Assembly (NCBI GenBank): GCA_002269645.1
Contig: NIVC01001389.1
Coordinates: 234,318-298,317 of the forward strand
Source: Macrostomum lignano
Lineage: Eukaryota
Direction: 5' to 3'
Length of the DNA stretch: 64,000 bases
Shown here piece after piece: positions 11,256 to 21,830 of the stretch. The notes under the pieces are model-generated. The model was not told where the DNA came from, did no database searches, and was given only the letters and a program-made list of their open reading frames with translations. The stretch's first letter is position 1. Every line of letters starts with the position of its first letter. Position numbers and translations under genes: made by a program.

Positions 11256-11735
11256 CTGGATGTCTCTAGCGACAACCTGCTGCCGGCTCTGCTCTCCCGG
11301 CTGCCCCGCCTGCGCTGCCTTCACCTCACCGGCAGCAGCCGCCTGACCCGCCAGGCCTGGGCGAACCTGCGCGCTTGGCCAGCCGCGACCCCGCCTGACT
11401 TGCAGGAGCTCGCGCTGCTTGGCTGCGCCTTCCGTGGCGTCACGGACGACGCCGTGGCCGACCTGAGCGCCAGTCCGATTGCCAGAGGCCTGCGGCGGCT
11501 CGCTCTGTGCAAAAGCTTCTTCTTGACCTCCGCCGCTCTCGCCAGCCTCTCCAGCGGCTGCCCCTGGCTGCCCAGCCTGTGTCTGCGCGGCCTGCGCAGC
11601 CTCGAGGCCTCCGATCTGCGAGCCTTCCGCTCCGGCTTCGAGCATCAGGTGAACATCGAGCTGGAGAACTGGCCTGTCTGGGGGTCCGAGCCCTGGCTTG
11701 CAAGCCGGGTGAGTCCCTGATTTCTGTAGCTCTGC

Positions 11736-14700
11736 TTTTTTTTTTCTTCACTCCGACCTCCGACCGCCCGCAGGCGGCCGGGGCGGGGCCGGGTGGCCGC
11801 CAGGGTCGTCGATGGGCGGCTCGGTCCGACCCACCCTCTTGAGGTAGTCACAGATGAGGGCGCCGCCACCCTCGAGAACGTCGTTCCAGGAAATGACCAC
11901 CCCGCCCCAGGTGCGGATGCGGGCCTGGTGGTGGCAGGGGCAGTAGAGCATAAGATGATCGACCGAGTCCGGTTCTCCGCAGTCGGCGCATCGGTCGTTC
12001 TGAGCGAGGCCGAACCGAAACAGGGTGTCGCGAGTCAGGGGGGATTTCTTAGTGCGGATTTGGCTGACCGTCACCTGGCCCCACCTGGGAAGGTCATCGT
12101 GGCCTGGCGTCGGAGTCAGGTGCGGATGCGTGCGGTCCCGCGCAGTTCTCCAATTGGACAGTACGTGGCGGACGGCATTTTTGGCGGAGGCCTGGGAAAG
12201 TTGCGCGGTGTTCGGTTCCAATTCTGCAGCTTCGCGGGCGAGGGCGTCCGCCGCCTCGTTACCAGCAATGTCCGCGTGGCCAGGAACCCATTGGAAGTGG
12301 AGCCTGGTCTGAGCTGGGAGGTCGGTGATGAGTCGCCAGATCGTGAGGACGAGCGAATTAGTAGAACGGTACGGGCCTTGGTTGATGGCCTGAAGGCCTG
12401 ATCGTGAGTCGGTACAGATGTGAACCGAGAGCCGCGGGTTGCCGATGGTGTCGAGGGTTTGACGTAGGGCTCTTATCGCTGCCTCGATGGCGACCAATTC
12501 AGCGTGGGTGCTACTGCACCACTTTCCGGCTGGCTGGCGGATGGACATGCGGAGTGCCTCGATGGATTCGGCAGTGAGGAGAGCACCTCCGCCGGCAGCA
12601 GCGCCGTCCGGGCTAACGGAGCCGTCCGTCCAGATGGTGCAGTCGGCGCTCGGTAACAGGGCCAAGGTGGCTTCTGCCGCAGCACGGCGGGCCTCCAGTG
12701 GGTCGGATCTTTTGGTCGGCCGGGCGAGATCGGTAGCGATGGTGATCGCCTGGTCGGCTAAGTGCCACGGCGGGAGAGCCGGGTAGTGCTGGCGGTCTAT
12801 GTCTCCGATGTGGATACCGGCAAGGCTCAGGAGCCACAGGCCTACTCGTCTGAAGCATGGCCGGTGACTCAAGACGATGTCTTCATCGTGGAGGTCCGTG
12901 TCGACGGGCCGGTCCGCTGGGCCTTCACGCTCCCAAGCTTCGTGGGCTCTGTAGCGGAGGCGAGGGGCGACTTGGGCTACCATAAGGGTACGGGCCAGGT
13001 CGTCGTCCGGTAGGCCGAGCAGGCGAATGAATTCGTTTGCGGCTAAGGTTTTGGCTCGGATGCTGAGGGCTGGTAGTCCGGCCTCGGCGAGTAGGCAGCG
13101 TCGTCTCGTGATGCCCAGACAGCCGGTAATAATTCTGGCGCATTTGTTTTGCTCGGCCTCGAGTTTGAGGCGCGCCGTTGGTGCCGCATGATTGAAGTAT
13201 AGTGCCGCTCCGTAGTCAAAAACCGACCGTACGTAGGCCATGTAGGCCGCACGTAGGGTGCGACGGTGGGCGCCATAGCTCTTGCCAGCGAGCACTTGGA
13301 TGCATCGACGTCGGTCGGCCATTTTCTGTCGGACTATCTCAGTGTGTGGCGAGAAGGTGAGTTGGTCATCCAGCTTGAGTCCTAGGAATGTCGGCGTGGG
13401 GTCATAGGCGAGGTCGTGGTTTTCAAGTCGCAGAGCGGGTCGGACTTTGCCGCCGCACTCGGTAGGATCGAGGGTAAACGTTGAGTAGGCACACTTGGAG
13501 TGGCTGAGGCTCACTTTCCATTTACGGGTCCAGGCAGCCGCTTGGTCAAGGGCGGGTTGCAGTTTGTCGGCGCAGGCAGCGAGGGAGCGTCCTGTGGCAA
13601 GTAGCGCGGTATCGTCTGCAAAAAGTGAGCGGTGTACGTTCTCGGCCATCTCGGCATCAATGTCGTAGGCATATATAAGCCAAAGGAGGGGGCGATCACG
13701 GATCCTTGCGGGAGGCCGTCCGTGAAAACTCTCCAGTTCGAGGTCGCACTGCCCCATCTAACACGTGCACGACGGTCTGCAAGGAAGTTTCTCAGGTACC
13801 GAATCAGGTGCTTGGGAATACCCAGCCGGGCCATCTTGGCGTACAGGGCTGGTCGCCACACTTTATCGTATGCCTTAGCGAAGTCCAGGAGGACGAGGTA
13901 GCTCTCTCCGGTTTTCTCTGTTCGAAGGCGTCAAAGATGGCTTGGGTAATGCGGGCGAGCTGGTCCATGGTCGAGTGGCCTCGTCGGAAACCCGCTTGGT
14001 TCCGGTTGAGGAGGCCTCTGGTGTCCAGCCAGTGATAGAGTCTGTTTTGTAAGAGGCGCTCCATGAGTTTGCTGACGCAGCTAAGGAGAGATATAGGTCG
14101 GTAGGAGCTAGTGGCGCTCGGGTCTTTGTCTTTTTTCAGGATGGCGATGATTTCGGCCCGGCGCCAGGCAGTTGGGACTGAGCCAGTGAGCCAGCTACGG
14201 TTTAGTAGTTCCAGGAGGGCGTTCCGGCCTGCGTCGCCGAGTTGTTTGAGGAGTTCGTTGCAGACGCCGTCGGTTCCTGGTGATTTGCCAGTCTTGAGTT
14301 GACGGATCGCGACGTTGAGTTCGCCGATATTGAAAGGGCTGCAGATCTCCGTCCTCAGTCCGTTGCAGGGGCAGTCGTTGGTGTTGCTCGCCTTGTGTGC
14401 CTCGATGACGACGGGTCTGTCTTCTGGTCTAGACTTTGGGAGCCGGGAGACCGTCGCGTAGTCGGCGCAGAATAGTTCGGCTTTCTCTTTATCCGTGATG
14501 GCTTTGGCGGGTGGATTCCCGGATCGTGGTTCTTGGTGAAGATAGTCGAGGGGGTGGCGGTCGGTCGTCGGCCGTCTTGGATCTTGATGAGGCGCCATAG
14601 ACTGTCATTTGGCGACAGGTTCGAGACCGCTTCTCGGAAGTGTAGGGTTTTCTCCTCCTGGATGACTCGCTCGGCAGTGGCCTTAGCGTCCTGGTACGCT

Positions 14701-16285
14701 TGGAGGGCCTGGGTATCCAGGGGGGCGGTCTGAACAGCCAGGCGTGCCGCTTCGCGGAGGTCGACAGCAGCTTGGCATTTCTCGTTTCAAAAAGGCGATC
14801 TCTGTCTGGGGCCGTCTCCGTAGGGGATAGATGACCTAGCGGCCTTCAAAATAGAGTCGGTGAGGGCTCGGTTGACGCTTTCGATGTGTGTGGGCGCTTG
14901 GATGTCGATTTGCTTGAGAAGTTCGTCAGATTTTTTGCGGAACGCTGACCAGTCGGCTTTTTTGAAATTGAAACGGCCCCTGCGGGATCGTTGGTGCGGG
15001 GGCGATTTCGTGGAGATCTTGATCCAGATAGGGAGGTGATCTGATCCGACATCGGCCCCTGTCTGCCAGGTGGTCCTGCCGGCCAGGTCGGCCGTGGCAA
15101 AGGTGACGTCCGGGGTTGATCGGCCTCCGGTGGCTGGGTTAATGCGAGTGCAGCTGCCGTCGTTGAGCAGAGCCAAGTTCAGGCGGCAGCTCCAGTCGTC
15201 TAGTTTTTGGCCTAGTGTGTCTTTGCGCTGGTGGTGGTCCCAGGCGGTCGCGTGGGCATTGAAGTCGCCTGCCACGATCGAGTTGGGGCCTACCGCAAGG
15301 GCCTCTGGGTTCATGTTTTGCTCGGGGTGTTGTCCCTGAGGGCTCTAGTGGCCGGCGGCGAGTAGACGTTGATCAGCACGATGGGCTTGCTCGAAGTAGA
15401 CGGGTAGATCGAGGTGGAGCTGCAGAAAGTGAGTTGGTCGGCAGGAGATTGGTACGGATTGTTGTGGGGTTCGAAAGGGACATCGTCACGAACGAGCGTG
15501 AGGATGCCCCCTTGGTTCGGCTGTCCGCGGCGTTGGTCCGGGTTCTCGTAGTCGAGGCGGGCTGTGGCGTTGTAGCCTGAGAACTTTGGTGGGCGGGAGC
15601 TCGGTCGCAGGAAAGTTTCTTGAAGAAGGACCGCGTGGGGTTTGAGTCGGTCTAGGGTGGCGGCGAGCTCGGTCGTTCTCGCTCCGAGGCCATTGCAGTT
15701 AAGTTGGAGGATAACAATGTCGGTGGGCTTTTGGGTCAAGTCCGGTTCGGTTCTGTCGGTCTGACTGGTCGTGGTTTTGTCATTGTTGGCGTTAGGGCTC
15801 TGGGCGGCAGTTTGGCGTTGGCGGTGATCGCAGTGTTGGGGCGTCTCGGCCGTGCCTGGTGGGCTGGAGCTGTTCGGCGTGCGGTTACAGGCTTCACAGA
15901 CCCAGTTACTACCTTGTCTGGCGAGTCTCCTAATTTCAGTGTTGCTGATGTTAATACAGGCTCCGTGGGACCACGTGCGGCAGCAGGTGCACTCGAGGGC
16001 ACTGACTCTGCCGACGTTTCGTCCGCATGATCCACACGGCCAGGTGGGTCCCGGATTGGGCTCGACGTCTCCGGCTCGGAGGACCAGGGACGCGAGGGCC
16101 AGGCAGGTGAGGGCCGGGACCAGGATGGTGAGCGACGTTCTCATGGGCGGAGGCTTCCCCCTGAAGCGGCCGGTAGTGCAGGCCGCAGGTGGCAGTCTCC
16201 AAAAGAGGTGAGTGTGACTAGGACAATTGGCACAGAGGGAGGCCTCTGTGGCGCCGCCCCCACGGGAAGGGTGTCCTATTGACGA
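11736..16285 (-). mobile_element. Full-length non-LTR retrotransposon, Ingi/I group, single ORF
   Basis: Target-site duplication CTGTAGCTCTGC at 11724-11735 and 16286-16297 (one further T is ambiguous). A10 tail at 11736-11745 begins 2 nt after the stop codon. Encodes APE, RT, RNase H and a C-terminal CX2CX7HX4C finger. Confidence 0.93.
11748..16144 (-). pseudogene. LINE polyprotein: 2A peptide, PHD finger, AP endonuclease, reverse transcriptase, RNase H, CCHC; four frameshifts and one nonsense codon in this assembly
   Basis: Motifs LRAGDVEPNPGP; CGSC...CTCCRTWSHGAC...WVCEAC; LQLNCNG, LLQET, GDFNAH, SDHLPI; YRPISLLS, QAGFR, DFAKAYD, LPQGS, FADD; WTDGS, AELVAI, TDSRS, WVPGH, GNEAAD. ORF breaks near 15330, 14787 (TGA where TGG is expected), 14555, 13900 and 13690. 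Confidence 0.92.
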
Positions 16286-16286
16286 C
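16219..16286 (-). ncRNA. HDV-like (CPEB3-type) self-cleaving ribozyme fold at the LINE 5' end
   Basis: Minus strand reads GUCGUC AA UAGGACA CCC UUCCCGU GGG GGCGGC GC CACAGAGG CCUC CCUCUGUG CCAAU UGUCCUA. This gives P1 (6 bp, two G-U), P2 (7 bp), P3 (3 bp), L3 UUCCCGU, P4 (8 bp) and J4/2 CCAAU in the canonical order. Folded by eye. Confidence 0.8.
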
Positions 16287-16944
16287 TGTAGCTCTGCTGC
16301 CTCTGCATCCACCTGTACATTTGAGCTCGTTTTTTAACCTGTAATATGCTCAGTAATAAATACCCTTCTTGAAGTGCGGTCTAGCTGGTTCTGTTTTCGA
16401 TTATTTTGGTGTTAGATTAATGTTCTCTGGGATCTAAATGTGTGAGATCGGTGAGATCTGCAGGTATTAGAGGTGGTGAGATCTCCAGGTGTGAGAGGTG
16501 TGGGATCTGGGGATCTACAGAAAGAAAATGAAAGGTTAACAAGAGCTGCTTGAAATGATTGTCACACCAAAAATTTGGCCCACCTGTGTAAAAAGAAAGA
16601 ATAATCGAGTTGAAGGCTTATTCGTTGTTTTTGTGACACTTTTCTCGAGAGGAATACATGACTAGACTCACACCAATGCTCCTTGCTTTTTTGACACCGT
16701 CAGTTATCACTTTTCATTGACAAACTAATTGTCATGTTGCTTCAGCAATTGCAGGCCAATAGCGTACTTGAGAAAAAGTAGAATTGTTCCGCAAAAACAT
16801 TTCTCACCATGCCTGTCTCCATCCACAGCTGATGTGAGAATTGCAGAATCCAATAAGAAACTGCTCACTCCGAGCAGAAATATTCTGCTGACTCTCGCAG
16901 GTCTCAGCATAAATTCTCCTTTGCAGCCTCTGGCCTCAGCAGCG

Positions 16945-17951
16945 ATGCCTCATCCGCAGTCCGCAGCAGCCGTGGCCTGGGCCTTCAGCGCCCTGATTCT
17001 GCTGGCCGGGCGGAGCGGCAGCCAGCAGCAGTGTCCCATGGGCTTCAGGCAGGTCAGCAGCGGCTCCCTGTGCATCCGCAGCGCCTTCACCCGCACGCTG
17101 GCCGGCATCGCATCGGAGCTGCAGTGCTCCATCGAGTGCGGCAGAGAGCCGAGCTGCCAGGCCTTCACCACGGCCGACGGTCCGTGCCAGCTGTTCTTGT
17201 TCGACAGGTGCAGCAAGTCGGTGCGGGACTGCGGCTGCTCCCGGAGAGGCCGCCTGTTCGTGAAGCGGCAGCCGGGACTCGAGCCGGGCGCGCTGTGCCC
17301 GCCTGGCTACGGAAATGAGCTGTGCGGAGTGAAGTACCGCACCATCAGCACCACCGCATCCTGGTCAGCCCAGAAGCTCAGGTGCGAGACGGATAATGTG
17401 GCAGGTTCAGGGGGGGGGGGGCTATTCCTAATTGTGCGGTGTGGTTGTGGAATCAATGCAGGATTCTCTGCTGCCTGAGGCTTTGCAATATCTGCTGGTG
17501 AGGGTCCATTCCCAAGGTACGAGTGTGCAGCGTGGATGGCTTTGCCTGCGTACGTGTGCTTAGGGGTCGGGTGCTTAGGGGTCAGGAGAAGCGGTCAGCC
17601 TCCGTAACTGCCTGAACTGACAGGTGCGAGTCGGATTCCGGCCTGGCGATGCTGGCCGACGTCACTGACTCGCCTGAGAAGAGCCACGTGGAAGCCATGT
17701 ACACTGCGCTCAGCCCGGGAGTCGCTGTCTACCTGGGCGGCTACCGCATGTTTCGTGGGGCCGCTCAGACCGACGGCTGGCTCTGGGCGGCCTGCAACAT
17801 CACGGTGGACAAGAGGGTCTGGGCCGCTGGCGAACCCACTGATTTTGAGGAGAAGGCCATGGCTCGACACACAACACTACGGAAGCTGGTGGACATCACA
17901 GATTCGGGAGCCTACGGCGCCCTCTGTGAGTGCGTGTCACCTTTTGACTGA
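16945..17951 (+). CDS. Secreted PAN/apple-domain + C-type-lectin-like protein, 254 aa; exons 16945-17381 and 17624-17951
   Basis: Signal-peptide-like N-terminus (AVAWAFSALILLAG), CSIECGREPSCQAF...CQLF (PAN/apple), then SW...RC, YLGG, WLW, WAAGEP and ALCEC (CTLD). The phase-2 GT-AG intron restores the frame. Confidence 0.82.
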
Positions 17952-18308
17952 TCGAGCTGGGTGACCTGATCTTGAAGCAATGTGTGAATTCCTTTCTTTG
18001 TTTAACAGTCCCAGTCCTTGACGTATTGAGTCTTCATTTGTGACCCGCCTTGGCTACCTTGATGAAACTTGCGCTCAGTACTACTCGCGCGCCCAAGCTG
18101 TCTAAGTAGCACAGGCAGCGTTTTTTTTTATAATTAAATTCTGAAGAAAAGCAGGAAATTCGCAATAACAGCCGGATTTCTCCTACTTCTCGTTTGAAAA
18201 CTTGTTTTCGTTTTGAAAAAGGAGCAGCTGGAGGGCAGACGCGAAACTGCTTCCTGTTGCGCTTTAATTAATTCCAGTTTTTTGAATACATTTTTCAAAG
18301 CAAGTAGC

Positions 18309-18685
18309 CAAGGAGCTCTAGGCCTAGAGTCTGGAAATAGGCAACTGCTACCTGAAGCCAAGGAGCTCTAGGCCTAGAGTCTGGAAATAGGCAACTGCTA
18401 CCTGAAGCCAAGGAGCTCTAAGCCTAGAGTCTGGAAATGGGCAACTGCTACCTGAAGCCAAGGAGCTCTAGGCCTAGAGTCTGGAAATAGGCAACTGCTA
18501 CCTGAAGCCAAGGAGCTCTAGGCCTAGAGTCTGGAAATAGGCTACGGCTACCTGAAGCCAAGGAGCTCTAGGCCTAGAGTCTGGAAATAGGCTACGGCTA
18601 CCTGAAGCCAAGGAGCTCTAAGCCTAGAGCCTGGAAATAGGCTACTGCTACCTGAAGCCAAGGAGCTCTAGGCCTAGAGTCTGGC
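18309..18685. repeat. 50-bp minisatellite, about 7.5 copies
   Basis: AGGAGCTCTA recurs at 18311, 18361, 18411 and onward. Confidence 0.97.
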
Positions 18686-19064
18686 CAGAAAACAGTCTAT
18701 AGCTTAGTAATCCATGATCTAGCTGTTTAGTTTAGCAACAATAATTGATGTGCGCGCTGACCCGGACTCGACAACAAAAAATTGAGTTATTTTTGTCTGC
18801 CTAATTCTGCATTTCTCAGCGACCCAACCCGCGTTAAATCCAGTTTTCTTGGCTCGGCAATTGCGCAGGGCCGCCAAAATTGCGCGCCAAAAAGTGAAAA
18901 TGAAAATCCGAAACGAGTTCCGCTTAGTTTGAATCAGACACCGTCAGCGCTCAGTCCTCTGCCGCTCTCAGACCCCAAAAGTACACCTTGTACTTGTTTC
19001 CTTCAATCTGATTTTTCAAATCAAATGAAGAATTTCAATTGTGGGCCTGCAGTTTTCAGAAGCA

Positions 19065-19300
19065 CGGGGTGTCATGCAGTGTCAGATTGGGTGTCAGGGA
19101 GTGTCAGAATGGGTGTCAGGGAGTGTCAGATTGGGTGTCAGGGAGTGTCAGATTGGGTGTCATGGAGTGTCAGATTGGGTGTCAGGGAGTGTCAGATTGG
19201 GTGTCAGGGAGTGTCAGAATGGGTGTCAGGGAGTGTCAGATTGGGTGTCAGGGAGTGCCAGATTGGGTGTCAGGGAGTGCCAGATTGGGTGTCAGTGAGT
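19065..19300. repeat. 22-bp minisatellite GTGTCAGATTGGGTGTCAGGGA
   Basis: Direct reading. Confidence 0.95.
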
Positions 19301-19339
19301 GCCCGATTGTGTGTTATGGTGTATTTTGGAAGTGAACTA

Positions 19340-20445
19340 TGTCAGACAGTGAATTGTGTCAGGCAGTGAATTGTGTCAGGCAGTGAATTGTGTCAGGCAG
19401 TGAATTGTGTCAGGCAGTGAATTGTGTCAGGCAGTGAATTGTGTCAGGCAGTGAATTGTGTCAGGCAGTGAATTGTGTCAGGCAGTGAATTGTGTCAGGA
19501 GTGAATTGTGTCAGGCAGTGAATTGTGTCAGGCAGTGAATTGTGTCAGGCAGTGAATGTGTCAGGCAGTGAATTGTGTCAGGCAGTGAATTGTGTCAGGC
19601 AGTGAATTGTGTCAGGCAGTGAGTCAGTGAATTGTGTCAGGCAGTGAATTGTGTCAGGCAGTGAATTGTGTCAGGCAGTGAATTGTGTCAGGCAGTGAAT
19701 TGTGTCAGGCAGTGAATGTGTCAGGCAGTGAATTGTGTCAGGCAGTGAATTGTGTCAGGCAGTGAATTGTGTCAGGCAGTGAATTGTGTCAGGCAGTGAA
19801 TTGTGTCAGGCAGTGAATTGTCAGGCAGTGAATTTGTCAGGCAGTGAATTGTGTCAGGCAGTGAATTATGTCAGGCAGTGAGTCAGGAAGTGAATTGTGT
19901 CAGGCAGTTGACTATGTCAGAAAGTGAATTTTGTCAGGTAGTGAATTATGTCAGGCAGTGAATTGTGTCAGGCAGTGAATTATGTCAGGCAGTGAATTGT
20001 GTCAGGCAGTTGACTATGTCAGGAAGTGAATTTTGTCAGGCAGTAATGTCAGGCAGTGAATTGTGTCAGGCAGTGACTATGTCAGGAAGTGAATTGTGTC
20101 AGGCAGTTGACTATTTCAGAAAGTGAATTTTGTCAGGTAGTGAATTATGTCAGGCAGTGAATTGTGTCAGGAAGTGAATTGTGTCAGGCAGGGAATTTTG
20201 TCAGGCAGTGAATTGTGTCAGGCAGTGAATTGTGTCAGGCAGTGAATGTGTCAGGCAGTGAACTGTGTCAGGCAGTGAATTGTGTCAGGCAGTGAATTGT
20301 GTCAGGCAGTGAATTATGTCAGGCCGTGAATTTCGTCAGGCAGTGAATTGTGTCAGGAAGTGAATTATGTCAGGCAGTGAATTGTGTCAGGAAGTGAATT
20401 GTGTCAGGCAGTTGACTATTTCAGAAAGTGAATTTTGTCAGGTAG
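19340..20445. repeat. 17-bp minisatellite GTGTCAGGCAGTGAATT
   Basis: Direct reading. Confidence 0.97.
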
Positions 20446-20999
20446 TAGCTCGTAAATCTTCCCTCAGTCTGATTAGTCACGTGAGAAGCTATTTCAAGCC
20501 CCAATGATTTAAGCAGTTCGCGGTCAGAGCTGATTGCATAACAAGCCGCACATCTGTGACAGTCTGAGTCACACAGGCGCCGAGTAGGATTACAACTTTC
20601 TGTGTGGGATTTTGGGGGCACAGGGAGCGGGGATTTCTGCTGCCAAGTCTCGGCTGCTGTTGCAGTTGACTTTGAGAGCTCCTCCTGCTCTCCTGCTTTC
20701 AGTCACTAGTGCTGGTGAGTCACCGCTCAGAGCTCTCATTCAGTGACGACCCCCTCCCACGCTTGACAACCAATTATCTCTGTGAGGGTGCCAAATGTGA
20801 CAACTCTGCCTGTCTACAGCCACTGCTGGGCTCAACCTGGACGACTTATAGGGGGGAATGTTTAGTATAATATCTCTGATTGACAGGTGAATGACCACTC
20901 ACTGACAATGAATTTTGCCAAATTTCTGTCTGACTCAAGCTACCGTAAAAATTACATCCTAATGAATAAATTCCGGAATTATAAAAAAAAGACATTAGA

Positions 21000-21830
21000 C
21001 AGATACAGACTCTCTGACAGACGGATACAGATTCATTGACAGACAGATACAGACTCTGACAGATACAGACTCGTTGACAGACAGATACAGACTCGCTGAC
21101 AGACAGATACAGACTCGTTGACAGACAGATACAGACTCGCTGACAGACAGATACAGACTCGTTGACAGACAGATACAGACTCGTTGACAGACAGATACAG
21201 ACTCGTTGACAGACAGATACAGACTCGTTGACAGACAGATACAGACTCGTTGACAGACAGATACAGACTCGCTGACAGACAGATACAGACTCGTTGACAG
21301 ACAGATAAAGAATCGCTGACAGACAGATACAGACTCATTGACAGACAGATACAGACTCGTTGACAGACAGATACAGACTCACTGACAGACAGATACAGAC
21401 TCGCTGACAGACAGATACAGACTCGCTGACAGACAGATACAGACTCGTTGACAGACAGATACAGACTCGCTGACAGACAGATACAGACTCGTTGACAGAC
21501 AGATACAGACTCGTTGACAGACAGATACAGACTCGTTGACAGACAGATACAGACTCGTTGACAGACAGATACAGACACAGACAGATACAGACTCGCTGAC
21601 AGACAGATACAGACTCGACAGACAGATGACACAGACAGATACAGACTCACTGACAGACAGATACAGACTCGACAGACAGATACAGACTCGCTGACAGACA
21701 GATACAGACTCGCTGACAGACAGATAAAGAATCGCTGACAGACAGATACAGACTCATTGACAGACAGATACAGACTCGTTGACAGACAGATACAGACTCA
21801 CTGACAGACAGATACAGACTCGCTGACAGT
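21000..21830. repeat. 22-bp minisatellite GACAGACAGATACAGACTCG(T/C)T
   Basis: Direct reading. Confidence 0.97.

Larger units (their letters stand above)
8374..11720 (+). pseudogene. F-box/LRR paralog 3; exons 8374-8388 (MSAVQ), 9160-9761, 10491-10907, about 11245-11720; frameshift near 9580
   Basis: F-box IERLSDALLTRILSELDHQCLGRCAQLSRRWRRLAVQPQLW. Same exon phases as paralog 2. The 602-nt exon is one base out of register (SLRRR* versus ADDDDEVF frame). The last acceptor is non-canonical or lost. Confidence 0.78.

Noticed and set aside
11793-16211. Several plus-strand ORFs of 80-200 aa inside the LINE
   Set aside because: Antisense shadows of a GC-rich coding strand with no recognisable motifs.
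20703-20714. Possible 12-nt micro-exon (strong acceptor ...CTTTCAG, donor GTGAGT), and another donor at about 22141
   Set aside because: They could be 5' UTR exons of the gene at 24665, but cannot be linked without transcript data.
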